Positions 44,367 to 54,298 of a stretch of 60,538 nt of DNA are shown piece after piece. Numbering within the stretch: position 1 is the first letter of the stretch; each line of letters starts with the position of its first letter. A program made the translations under genes and the position numbers. The notes beneath the pieces were generated by a model, which worked only from the letters and a program-made list of their open reading frames with translations, was not told the origin of the DNA and did not search any database. Location: the NCBI GenBank assembly GCA_964389655.1, contig CAYMED010000007.1, forward strand, positions 31,399 to 91,936, written 5' to 3'. The stretch is from an uncultured Candidatus Poseidoniales archaeon (GTDB taxonomy: Archaea; Thermoplasmatota; Poseidoniia; Poseidoniales; CAYMED01).

Positions 44367-46301
44367 TTAAGCCGCACCAAACATGCGTTGTAAAGCATCA
44401 TCGATCGGTTCAGAACTTCCACTTTGTGCCTGATGCCAAATCACAGTACCGTGCGGATTGATGATCACGTGATTGGGTGTGCTTGTTACACCCCATGCAT
44501 ACATTTGAGACTGATTTCGGTCATCAAGATATAACAGATCATGGGGCGTCCCTGGGCGTTCGTTGCAATCTTTTGTCCCGTAATAACACCCCATATAGGA
44601 CGATTTAGCCTGAAATGCTTCAACTTCTTCTCGCGTGGCATTGAAATTGTCATTCGAACTAAAATTAGCAGCAAGCAGGACGATCTCTAATTGGTCACCG
44701 TAAACGGCATTCCAATCCTCGATCGTCGGTGCGTGATTCCAACAGTGTGAACAATCAGTTGATATCCAAATCAGCAAGAAGAATTTCCCATCATCGCTGG
44801 AAGCGACAAATTGGTCGCAAAGCCTCCAAGGAACCCAAATGCTGGCCCCTAAACTGTGGGAATCCGCTCTCACGTCAAGTGCGTGATTCCCCTCACTAGG
44901 GCCAACCGATGAACCTGCAGGGACTGTGCACGGGTCATAGATTGGTAACGATGAATTAGTTGAATTATTCGCGATTAGAATTGGGAGATAAGTACCATTT
45001 GGGAGGGAGGAGGGAAGATTCAGAGACGTATTGGTAAGCAGCGCATAGAAGTCAGGGTCAGTTGACTGGAATTTCGCTGAAGTACATGGCTTCCACTCAT
45101 GCTCAATCTCACTGCATCTGTTTGCTTGTGCACCAAGATGGCTCGTTAGCCCCCAATATACATACTCAGTGATCATGCACTCATAGGAACATGTATCGTC
45201 ATCATAGGTATACCAAGCACCATCTGGATACGCACCCCCATTTGGCAGAGAGCATTGAGAGCCACCTTCACAAGCATCACCATTGGTCTCTTCAAAGTGG
45301 CCGCCACGTGCTGCATCCATCAAATTCGCAATCCGGCTCCCTGATGCTTCTGCGAATAAATCGGGATAGGCTTTCGCCCAACCCACATGAGTCACCAAAT
45401 GCAATACTTCCTCCAGTGTAGCATCAAAGTCCGAAGTGGCTTCATTTGGGTTGATTGTTTCATCACCAAATAGTGCCTGCACCTCAATGATGCCTTGGTC
45501 TACCTTCTGGAGAAAAGAATCTGGAAGGTCACCTATGGCACTTTCAAGATCGGATTCTGTCGGAGCCATGACAATGGTTGCTGAGGTGGAGGACAAATTT
45601 TCAGCAATTGCGCGGTCATCTAGAACTCCATCTTCATCATTATCCAAATATTCAGCTAATACGGTTGCCGCATGCATCAAGTCCGCATCACTGACATGTT
45701 GGGTCGAAACGACGTGTGAACCGAATACCTCAATGTGTTTTGAGAAGGTTGAACGCATCTCATAAATCGACCCATTCGGACTGCCAATCACAAACTGAAG
45801 TGCTGTTGAGAGGTCTGTGGACGATGAGGTTGGGATTGTCGAAAAACTAAGATGCGCTGTCGCATTTTGTGAGCGGATAGTGCAGTCAATGGATGATTCT
45901 TCGGGCAACCCATCAATATACAGAACGTGAACATTCTGAAGCGTAAAACGTTGTGCCCCCCGTTGGGATGAATGAGAAAATTCGCAACTCGCTTGCGCAT
46001 CAGCGGGATAATTCGTCGACCAAGACAAATAGGCTGACTGATTTGTGATATTACTCACAGAAGGCGTGATGATCCTAACATCAACCTCTGGTTCAGAAGG
46101 AGTCGTTTCATTGTTGCTCCCTTTTTCGACTCCACTTTCACATCCCGTGTGTCCTAAAGTTGTGTCTTGCGAAGCATCATCAGGGATGATGCATTGGTCA
46201 ACGGGCACAGAATCAGGCACCTCATCTTTGCCAAAGCATCCAGAAAGGCCAACTGAAAGCAATAGAAACACAACGCCAAAGGCCACTTTAGGTTGCGACA
46301 T
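44367..46301 (-). CDS. Exported, lipoprotein-like mosaic protein: FN3-like domain, EExxH domain and thioredoxin-like CxxC domain
   Basis: LSGC lipobox-like motif; SNITNQSAYLSWST FN3-like segment; ATLEEVLHLVT..CSYECMITEYVYWG; C-terminal WISTDCSHC..WGVTSTP. Confidence 0.65.
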   Translation of the reverse strand: MSQPKVAFGVVFLLLSVGLSGCFGKDEVPDSVPVDQCIIPDDASQDTTLGHTGCESGVEKGSNNETTPSEPEVDVRIITPSVSNITNQSAYLSWSTNYPADAQASCEFSHSSQRGAQRFTLQNVHVLYIDGLPEESSIDCTIRSQNATAHLSFSTIPTSSSTDLSTALQFVIGSPNGSIYEMRSTFSKHIEVFGSHVVSTQHVSDADLMHAATVLAEYLDNDEDGVLDDRAIAENLSSTSATIVMAPTESDLESAIGDLPDSFLQKVDQGIIEVQALFGDETINPNEATSDFDATLEEVLHLVTHVGWAKAYPDLFAEASGSRIANLMDAARGGHFEETNGDACEGGSQCSLPNGGAYPDGAWYTYDDDTCSYECMITEYVYWGLTSHLGAQANRCSEIEHEWKPCTSAKFQSTDPDFYALLTNTSLNLPSSLPNGTYLPILIANNSTNSSLPIYDPCTVPAGSSVGPSEGNHALDVRADSHSLGASIWVPWRLCDQFVASSDDGKFFLLIWISTDCSHCWNHAPTIEDWNAVYGDQLEIVLLAANFSSNDNFNATREEVEAFQAKSSYMGCYYGTKDCNERPGTPHDLLYLDDRNQSQMYAWGVTSTPNHVIINPHGTVIWHQAQSGSSEPIDDALQRMFGAA

Positions 46302-46419
46302 AACCTCAACGAGGCGCGCATATGACTTGAGGCCAGCGGGTGTTTGTGAGGCTTTATGTTCAAAATTCTGGCTTCGGTGCAACCGAGTAATTGATGTCAT
46401 ATGGGGCTAAGGGCTTGCC

Positions 46420-48708
46420 ATGGATCAATCAAAACGAACGGCATCCCGGCTCTGCCTGCTTGTGGTGTTGCTGCTCTTCCCATTCTCAGCCAGCACAATT
46501 GCCAGCGAGGGAAGGCAAATCGACCCTTCCCCAAATATATCCCTTTCATCTACGAGTACTGTTGCGCCCGGCACTGTGCTTACAATTACGTCAACATCTC
46601 TAATTAGTGGGTCATCTTATCGAATTTGGGCTAAGCACTCCATCTCAGATTCTGAATTTGTCATTGATTCGCAAAAGGAGGCCGTTGAGGAAAAAGTCAC
46701 CTCATATTGGTCTATACCCGAATCCATTGAAACCGGCTCATACCAAATCTGCATAGATTATGAGGACCAAAATGAGCGGGAATTTTGGACATCTGATTGT
46801 TCATCCGTTTCCATCACAATCTTTGAGATCCTAATCGAGGTAGATGAAGAAGTACCTGCACCTGGCCATGAAGTAAAAGGAACTGTGTCCTTTGTTCACC
46901 TCAAGGATGGGAAACCAACATCTCCAGCAACGGCAAACCTTGACGTCCAGTACTACATAGCTGCTGATGGGCCATGTTGTGAGGTGAAAACAATTTCAAA
47001 GAAACTCGAGCCATTTGAAAATACGCAATTTGCATTTGTGGTTCCAAGCAATGTGGAGCCATCTTTTGGGGTGACGATCATAATATGGGGAAATACAAGC
47101 ACAGGACAATCCACAATGGCCTCCAAATCGGTCTTCCCAGGAACAAATTCCCTTACCGTAACCATGCCAAGTTTAGGAGAGGCTGTCCGCATCGATTCTC
47201 CGTTCAATTTCCAAGCCTATGCTAGACGAGTTGGTCCACAATATAGTTGGAGTCCTGAAGTAGGATTAGACGTAGACGTGTTTGTCAACCAATCTGAAAA
47301 GACTCACCAAGTTGAAATGAGAATTCCCTCAAACTCCATCGGACAAGTCTCATCCATCCTTGACTTTTCCTCAATCACAACTCTTGAAGTTGGATCGGCA
47401 ATTTTGAGTCTGCGGTGGAAAGACCCCATAGAGAAAAACACCATCTATACTGAACACCCAATCTTCTTGACGGGTTATACGGCAACCTCCGGAAACGCAG
47501 GAGGGATTGAAATTACAGTCACAGATGATGGTACTGAAGTCTCTCCTGGTGAAAAAACAACGATTGTGGTGGAGGCTGTTGATGTCGCCGGAAATCCAAT
47601 TAAAGACACCTGGGTCCACTGGTCATTGAAGAGAATAAGGTCGATCTCAAGCGTCATACCTGGCTTCAGCACCTCAAACACTGCTTGGAATTCCGGTAAG
47701 ACTACTGATTCAGGTGTCATCTCAATTGACGTATCTGTACCAGATGATTTCAACGCCGCCCTTGAAAATTTGCAATTACAGGTCATGGCTTGGAATCATA
47801 GTGGAGCAAGAGACTCTCTTTCTGAATATATTGATATCAAAAAGCCCGATATTGATGTAGAGGTTGAGCCGAAACGCTGGACACAGGGTGACCGATTAGA
47901 CATTGACCTCTCTTTTGAAGGAATGACTGGATCTGTAACTATTTGGTGGGAAATTACAGAACTCGATTTGAGGGGAATTGAGAACATCGCTAGTGCAGGC
48001 GGAACATTTGTGGTCCAATTGCCAAAATATTTGCCAACAACCATCAGTGATTCGATGAATGATCTACAAATCACAATGGTCGCGGTAGACGAAAATGGAA
48101 TCGTCGAAATCGAGAATAAGAGAATCTACAAATTGCAAGGATATGTTGTCAAGGCCACCACTGTATCACAGCCCGTCGTTGCAGGGGATACACTAGAGAT
48201 CGATATTGAATTAATTGCATTGGGGGATACGGAATTGCCCGATGAAAAAGTGGGGTGGGATGCGTATATCATTTCACGGTCAGATACAGCAGTCGGGGGT
48301 GAGTTGAGCACCACATCAGGAAGAATCTCCCTCCCAATTCCTGCAGACATGCCTACGGGAATCCATCTTGTGGAAGTGGGTCTGGGCATGGATGAGGCTC
48401 TTGTCATGATCGAAGTACGTTCAGCAGATGATGCATCGGGTTTCGCAGGGTTTGCTTCTTCAGCGAACGACATCTTAGCACCTGCCACACCTTGGATATC
48501 CATCCTAGCGGTCATCATTGGCAGCCTCGCGCTTCTGTTAGGATTGCTTCGGAAAGGTGGAAAAGATGGAGGCGACACTGTATTTACACCAACACCACCA
48601 CCCATGCCGCTACCAACTCCTACACCAACTCAGCAGTCTTATGCACCACCCCCTATACCTCAACAAGCAGCACTGGGGACAAACACATATGGTGAAAAGA
48701 ATTGGTAA
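46420..48708 (+). CDS. Exported multi-Ig-fold surface protein with a C-terminal TM helix and Pro-rich cytoplasmic tail
   Basis: Signal peptide; repeated PG/AGD-initiated beta-sandwich units; TM helix ISILAVIIGSLALLLGLL; PTPPPMPLPTPTP tail. Confidence 0.7.
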   Translation: MDQSKRTASRLCLLVVLLLFPFSASTIASEGRQIDPSPNISLSSTSTVAPGTVLTITSTSLISGSSYRIWAKHSISDSEFVIDSQKEAVEEKVTSYWSIPESIETGSYQICIDYEDQNEREFWTSDCSSVSITIFEILIEVDEEVPAPGHEVKGTVSFVHLKDGKPTSPATANLDVQYYIAADGPCCEVKTISKKLEPFENTQFAFVVPSNVEPSFGVTIIIWGNTSTGQSTMASKSVFPGTNSLTVTMPSLGEAVRIDSPFNFQAYARRVGPQYSWSPEVGLDVDVFVNQSEKTHQVEMRIPSNSIGQVSSILDFSSITTLEVGSAILSLRWKDPIEKNTIYTEHPIFLTGYTATSGNAGGIEITVTDDGTEVSPGEKTTIVVEAVDVAGNPIKDTWVHWSLKRIRSISSVIPGFSTSNTAWNSGKTTDSGVISIDVSVPDDFNAALENLQLQVMAWNHSGARDSLSEYIDIKKPDIDVEVEPKRWTQGDRLDIDLSFEGMTGSVTIWWEITELDLRGIENIASAGGTFVVQLPKYLPTTISDSMNDLQITMVAVDENGIVEIENKRIYKLQGYVVKATTVSQPVVAGDTLEIDIELIALGDTELPDEKVGWDAYIISRSDTAVGGELSTTSGRISLPIPADMPTGIHLVEVGLGMDEALVMIEVRSADDASGFAGFASSANDILAPATPWISILAVIIGSLALLLGLLRKGGKDGGDTVFTPTPPPMPLPTPTPTQQSYAPPPIPQQAALGTNTYGEKNW

Positions 48709-48724
48709 TTCTCATCCTAGTGGA

Positions 48725-49555
48725 CTAGTCCTCTTTTCCACCTGATGAGCCTTTTATCCGCAATGAATCTTTGATTGATGTTGCAATTCCAGATACTGTG
48801 CGCTTTGCCTTTGAGCCCATCTCCTTGATTGCTGCAGATGCATCTTCGGCAAGATCCTTGACCTTGTCAACGAATGATGCATCTCCTGGTTCATCTGAGG
48901 CGATGATTCCACTATCCAATTCAATGATTCGGGTTGCATACCGTCTTAGGCTGCGATCATGGCTAACAAGAATGGCCGTGATATCTTCCTTTTTACACGC
49001 TTTTACTAGCGCCTCCATCACGCGTTGAGTGGTTTTTGAATCTAGATTCCCGGTTAATTCATCGCCAAGAAGAAGTTTTGGTTCCTTGCTGAGGCTTCTA
49101 GCAATTGCGACACGCTGTTGCTGGCCCCCAGACATCTCAGCTGGAAATCGGTCTGCAAGTTCCTCAATGCCAACCAATTTCAGCAAATCAAGCGCGCGGC
49201 CAGGGTCTCTTTTCCCAGACAGAGATTGAACGAGGGTGACATTTTCAAGTGCTGTGAGGTCCGGTAGGAGATTAAAAAATTGGAAAATATAGCCAATGTT
49301 TTCCCTTCGGAACGTCGTCATTTTCTCGGCAGCACCGCGCGGGACCATTGAATTTAGAAATTCATATTCACCTTCAGTTGGCTCATCAATAGCTGCTAAG
49401 CAATTGAGAAGGGTCGTCTTCCCTGATCCTGATGGACCAAGAAGCAAGACAACCTCTCCGGATTCAACGACGAGGTCAATTCCGTCCAAAGCGCGGACGA
49501 GCGTTTTCTCTAGACCATAATGTCGCTTCAATCCTTTAAGTTCGAGCAGCACCAT
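48725..49555 (-). CDS. ABC transporter ATP-binding protein (LolD/MacB-like) with a C-terminal extension
   Basis: GPSGSGKT, IFQFFNL, MSGGQQQRVAIAR, LLGDELTGNLD and SHD motifs. Confidence 0.93.
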   Translation of the reverse strand: MVLLELKGLKRHYGLEKTLVRALDGIDLVVESGEVVLLLGPSGSGKTTLLNCLAAIDEPTEGEYEFLNSMVPRGAAEKMTTFRRENIGYIFQFFNLLPDLTALENVTLVQSLSGKRDPGRALDLLKLVGIEELADRFPAEMSGGQQQRVAIARSLSKEPKLLLGDELTGNLDSKTTQRVMEALVKACKKEDITAILVSHDRSLRRYATRIIELDSGIIASDEPGDASFVDKVKDLAEDASAAIKEMGSKAKRTVSGIATSIKDSLRIKGSSGGKED

Positions 49556-49588
49556 GTTGCATCCCCTGAGTGTTAGACAACGTCACAA

Positions 49589-52171
49589 TTACTGGCTTAG
49601 ATTTTTGGAGATTTCAACAAGGTCCATCTTTCGAATTCTGCGCATGCCATATGGTGTTAATGCAGCAGACATGGCAAGCACTGTTCCTGTGATAATGAAA
49701 AGAGCCCTTGGGGTTGCCGTTACTCCAAAGTACAATGTCCAAGACAATTGTGCTGAAATCAGGAATGATGTACCTGCAACAGCAAAGATGCTGGCCAGTA
49801 TACCACCAATGAGGCCTATCGCTAGATGCTCACCGAGTAGCATGAAACCGAGTTTTCCAATAGGAGCGCCGAGGACTCGCAGAGTTGCCAATTCTGTATC
49901 CCTCTCGGATAGATTCATGATCAGTGTATTGAATAGGACTGCTATGGCCATGATTGCCCCAAGGAATAGGATTGCATAGAAAAACTGCATTTGAGTATCA
50001 AGAGCTTCGGCCAGAGCTTCTTCACTGTCTTTGCTATATTCGACACCTCCTGAATGGAGAACAATTTCATCAGGCAGTACTGTGTTTTCAGGGAGGTCGA
50101 GCATCACCACTGAGACCCTATTGGGAAGCACGTCAAGCAAGTCACTGCGATGGAAATAGACCGTCCGTGACAATTCCCCATTTGTGATCCCAACGACCTT
50201 GACCTCCATGTCATTTGTCCCGAATGTTAACCTTTGGACTTGGCCGACATCCCATTTAAGGAAATGAGCAATCCCCTCATCAACTAGCACTTCAGGTGTT
50301 GGAGCACCACTGACTGGTAATTCACCAGATTTGAGACTGACACGGAACAATCCATTAGGGTCAGTAGCACGATTGAACTGATCTAGGCCAATCACAGCCA
50401 TTGGTCTTGGCGTATCTTCAATTGTAAATGCAACCGATTCAAGGACAAGTTCATGAGTCGTATTGTTTCTATTAGCCCACGCAATGATCGCATCTTCATC
50501 CCCATCGGAAACTTGCATGCGCGCATCCCAATTTCCATTGCTACCCAAGAACAGATCACCAAAGGAATCCATCATGATGATCATTGTCCCAAAGAGAAGC
50601 ATCGAGATACCGACGCCAGTGAACGTGACCAACAAGCGCACGGGTTTCCTGACGCTTGAACGAATCGTGAGGCCGGCAGTAGCCGGCAACCCTGCTGTAA
50701 TTTTCTGCAGCCTTTTGGAAGCCATACGAACTTCATGCCGGCCACTTAACACCTCAAGGGGCTGCAATTTAGCCGCTTTCCATGCGGGCAGAATTCCAGA
50801 AAGAACAACGATGATCATGACCGTAGCAACAAGGTAAATGAGGTCACTAGGCGGGATTGAGAACTCACGATTTGGTAGCCCCATATACCCTGTGTAAAAA
50901 TTGGTCATTCCCGGTGCTCCAACAAAGAAACCCAGGATAACTCCGATGATGCATCCCACAAAGCCGATGATCATTGGAGCAATGATGTAGCCGGGCATGA
51001 TTGAAGTGCGTGGAGTTCCTAACGTCCGAAGAACTGCAATTTCTTTAGCCTGCGACTGAATCAAGCGTTGAAGACTCAGAAATATCGTGATTCCTGCCAC
51101 AAGGCCGATCATCCCCGTGATGTAAGGAGTGATTTTCTGAGCACCTGCAACATCTTGCCGAAGTAACTCAATGAAATACATCCCAGACCGATCATACACG
51201 AGAGTCGGATCATCTGTTTCAGAAAGCATTGTTGAGCGAATCTGAGACATTACATTGGTCAGAGATTCTCCCTCAACGAGATCTGTTTCTGGAAAATCAA
51301 ATTCAGGGTCACCTTCTATGTCGATTAAGAGAAGATTGGAAGTGCCCTCGGGCACACCCCGAAGTGTCTCAAGTCCTTCTGCAGTCATGTATCCTGTAAA
51401 GAAGACTGGACTAGATACTGGGACGATTTCCCCTTCTCGCGCATAAAAAATGTGATTTGAGTGAAAACCAATACCAACTACGGAGAACTCCTTGGGCCCC
51501 ATTGATGCACTTAGCGTTAGTGTTTCTCCAAGTTGTACTTGACAGTACCACATTTTACTCGCTGAATTCTTATTGCATTTAGTTTCCTGAACGATTTTAT
51601 CTGAGGACCAGTTACTCAAACGACAGGCATATGCATCACCTTTCTCCTCGCAAGAATCGTATTCGCCACCAAATAAATCCGCTGCGCGGGCATCGATGAC
51701 AATCTCAGAATCATCGCTAGGGAGGCGTCCTTTGCAGCAATCGTCGTCGGTGGGCAACCAAACACGGTCGATGTATCCTTCATCGATACCATGCAAAGTT
51801 GAAGGAACGAAGTTTAATACCCCTCCCGTGCTATTATGGGCAAGCAACGCGTTTTCGTATACAAATCTCGGCTCACATCTCTTAACCTTCAGGTCGGCAC
51901 TGGTCCAATTAGAGAGGATTTTTTGACATAACTCATCGCCTAGAGTTCCATTCCAAGTTGACTCCTGGTTTTCGACCCAAATGTCTGGGAGATTGACACC
52001 ATCTGCATCATCCTCATAGATATCAGTGTACATATTGATAGCGGCATGCGCATATGCAGTGAATGATAGTCCAGCAAATACGCTTACGGCAACCATGAAT
52101 ACGACTGCTGCGAGCCGTAACTTCGTTCTCATGAGACTGCGCATCAATCGCTTTGTGAGAAGCATCGACAT
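49589..52171 (-). CDS. FtsX/MacB-like ABC permease with two FtsX units
   Basis: EIAVLRTLG and ERDTELATLRVLG motifs, PAWKAAKLQP, and two large extracellular loops. Confidence 0.92.
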   Translation of the reverse strand: MSMLLTKRLMRSLMRTKLRLAAVVFMVAVSVFAGLSFTAYAHAAINMYTDIYEDDADGVNLPDIWVENQESTWNGTLGDELCQKILSNWTSADLKVKRCEPRFVYENALLAHNSTGGVLNFVPSTLHGIDEGYIDRVWLPTDDDCCKGRLPSDDSEIVIDARAADLFGGEYDSCEEKGDAYACRLSNWSSDKIVQETKCNKNSASKMWYCQVQLGETLTLSASMGPKEFSVVGIGFHSNHIFYAREGEIVPVSSPVFFTGYMTAEGLETLRGVPEGTSNLLLIDIEGDPEFDFPETDLVEGESLTNVMSQIRSTMLSETDDPTLVYDRSGMYFIELLRQDVAGAQKITPYITGMIGLVAGITIFLSLQRLIQSQAKEIAVLRTLGTPRTSIMPGYIIAPMIIGFVGCIIGVILGFFVGAPGMTNFYTGYMGLPNREFSIPPSDLIYLVATVMIIVVLSGILPAWKAAKLQPLEVLSGRHEVRMASKRLQKITAGLPATAGLTIRSSVRKPVRLLVTFTGVGISMLLFGTMIIMMDSFGDLFLGSNGNWDARMQVSDGDEDAIIAWANRNNTTHELVLESVAFTIEDTPRPMAVIGLDQFNRATDPNGLFRVSLKSGELPVSGAPTPEVLVDEGIAHFLKWDVGQVQRLTFGTNDMEVKVVGITNGELSRTVYFHRSDLLDVLPNRVSVVMLDLPENTVLPDEIVLHSGGVEYSKDSEEALAEALDTQMQFFYAILFLGAIMAIAVLFNTLIMNLSERDTELATLRVLGAPIGKLGFMLLGEHLAIGLIGGILASIFAVAGTSFLISAQLSWTLYFGVTATPRALFIITGTVLAMSAALTPYGMRRIRKMDLVEISKNLSQ

Positions 52172-52186
52172 TCATCAAACCCCCTA

Positions 52187-52882
52187 TCAGTTCTGCTCAT
52201 CCGAGATGACTTTTCCACTGTCCAAACGAATTACTCGAGTGGCATATTCAGTAAGTTGTTCGTCGTGGGTTACCATGATGGTGGTGATATTCTCGGCCTC
52301 ACTGGCTTTAATGAGAACTTCCATCACGGTTGCAGAAGTAGTGGAATCCAAATTTCCAGTTAATTCATCCCCAAGTAAAAGTTTAGGGGCTTTGGCAAGG
52401 CTTCGAGCAATCGCAACGCGCTGTTGTTGACCCCCACTGATTTCAGCGGGAAAGCGGTCAACCTCATCTTCGAGACCCACGAGACCCAGCAGTTCCCGTG
52501 CTCGTTTTTCATCCCGACCAGAAGATAATTCTTGGATCAGTAAGACATTCTCAAGGACCGTGAGGTCTTGAAGGAGATTAAAGAATTGAAAGACATACCC
52601 TATATTTTCGCGCCTAAATGTAGTCATTTCTTCCGATTTATCCCTCGGAACTTCTTTTCCACCAAAAAGATAGACACCTTCGCTTGGTTTGTCAAGAGCA
52701 GCCACGCAATTCAATAGGGTTGTTTTCCCTGACCCCGATGGGCCAAGTAGGACAATACGCTCACCCGCTTGAATTTCAAGGTCAATGCCATCCAGTGCCT
52801 TGACCGTTTCTGAAGTCATCTCGTAATGTCGCTTAAGACCAACAAGACTCAACAGGGCCCCATCGCCTACTTCTTCAGGCAC
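52187..52882 (-). CDS. ABC transporter ATP-binding protein (LolD/MacB-like)
   Basis: GPSGSGKT, ISGGQQQRVAIAR, LLGDELTGNLD and THD motifs. Confidence 0.94.
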   Translation of the reverse strand: MPEEVGDGALLSLVGLKRHYEMTSETVKALDGIDLEIQAGERIVLLGPSGSGKTTLLNCVAALDKPSEGVYLFGGKEVPRDKSEEMTTFRRENIGYVFQFFNLLQDLTVLENVLLIQELSSGRDEKRARELLGLVGLEDEVDRFPAEISGGQQQRVAIARSLAKAPKLLLGDELTGNLDSTTSATVMEVLIKASEAENITTIMVTHDEQLTEYATRVIRLDSGKVISDEQN

Positions 52883-53007
52883 GGACTGGGACTAAAGAAC
52901 GGAGTTATTGAGATTATTCCTCGCATAAAAAACGAACAGTAAGCGCCGTCTAGGTATAGGTCATCAGAGGTGTTGTATTGATCACTCATCGCCATAGTGG
53001 CCCTTTG

Positions 53008-54261
53008 ATGGTGAAACTTCGGCAGACACCCGAAGACTTCTGTGTCTGCGAGATTGGAGGCCTAGACATTTTTGATACACCTCCCCTGGATACGACTCCC
53101 GATGGTCCATTTCGAGTGTACCGACTGAGGAAGAAAAACTGGGACACATTGGCACTCCTACCTCAAATCGCTAGGCGTTTTAAGATCCCCAGGCGAGCAT
53201 TTGGGCTCGCAGGACTCAAAGATCGCCATGCTGTAACTGAACAGAGGGTAACGATCGCTGAATCGCACAAAGTAGGGGGTGCACATGTAGGTTGGGAAAG
53301 AGGCGACCTAGAACAAATGGGTTGGCATATCAAATGGCTTGGATGGGCGAAAAAACCAATGACATCAGGTACACATGATGGAAACAAGTTCGTGATTGTG
53401 ATGCGGGATTTAACGCATGAGGATATACAGCGACTGCCAGCGCGCATTGACCTGTTACATCGTGTAGGGACAATCAACGCCTTTGACTCACAGCGATTCG
53501 GGTCGGCCAGCCGAGGGAAATTGCCCGGTTCCCTCGTGGTTTCTGGACGTTTTGAAGATGCATTGAGAATGCACTTGACCGGGCGACAGCATTCAGACCG
53601 GTCAAGGATGCGAAGGCAAAAGTCGGCCTTGTCTAAAGCATGGCCAAATCTTGGTCAAGTTGATATTACACACAAGCCCTTTCGACATCCCATCGAGAAA
53701 TATCTTGCCACAGGTGATGCAAAGGAGGCAGTCAAATCGATTCCAGAGGAATTGCTGCGGCTTTGGATGTCTGCCTGGCAATCGAAGGTGTGGAATGAAA
53801 TTGTAAATGGGTTGCTCATTGAGGTCGCAGGAACGAATTATTTTGACGAAGTACTAATCCCAGCCAGTCGGTTATTGCTTCCTAGAGTTCCATTTGAGGT
53901 TCGAGGAAGGGAAAGGAGAGAACACATTGATAAAATGGAGGAACTCTTTCTACAAGTGCCTAAGTTGTTTCCAACCCCATCCCGAACACCACCCACAAAC
54001 TCCGCAGAAAAAGCAAGAATCGGTGATTATCTAGAGCGTAAAGGGCACGCATGGGAAGACCTTCAACTCAGAGATTTCAAGGTATATTTGGGATTGCATC
54101 AACGCTTGATCCGGTTGCGGCCAGAACAACTAGAAGTTAGTGATCCTGTACGCGATGAATTGAATGGCTCTGAAGCGCATAAACGATGGCGTGCCACACT
54201 CACCTGTACGATACCCAGTGGATCATATGCAACAATCATTGTCAAGAGTTTAGTGCGATAA
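53008..54261 (+). CDS. truD: tRNA pseudouridine(13) synthase TruD
   Basis: QTPEDFCVCE, KKNWDT, AGLKDRHAVTEQ (catalytic Asp), GNKF, NAFDSQRFG, SAWQS and PSGSYAT motifs. Confidence 0.93.
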   Translation: MVKLRQTPEDFCVCEIGGLDIFDTPPLDTTPDGPFRVYRLRKKNWDTLALLPQIARRFKIPRRAFGLAGLKDRHAVTEQRVTIAESHKVGGAHVGWERGDLEQMGWHIKWLGWAKKPMTSGTHDGNKFVIVMRDLTHEDIQRLPARIDLLHRVGTINAFDSQRFGSASRGKLPGSLVVSGRFEDALRMHLTGRQHSDRSRMRRQKSALSKAWPNLGQVDITHKPFRHPIEKYLATGDAKEAVKSIPEELLRLWMSAWQSKVWNEIVNGLLIEVAGTNYFDEVLIPASRLLLPRVPFEVRGRERREHIDKMEELFLQVPKLFPTPSRTPPTNSAEKARIGDYLERKGHAWEDLQLRDFKVYLGLHQRLIRLRPEQLEVSDPVRDELNGSEAHKRWRATLTCTIPSGSYATIIVKSLVR

Positions 54262-54298
54262 CCCAAGACTGAAGGCGGAAGAGGGTCCGAATGCAGAT

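Noticed and set aside
43278-48708. Integrated mobile element or provirus
   Set aside because: No integrase, transposase, att-like repeats or viral structural genes were seen; treated only as a possibly variable region.
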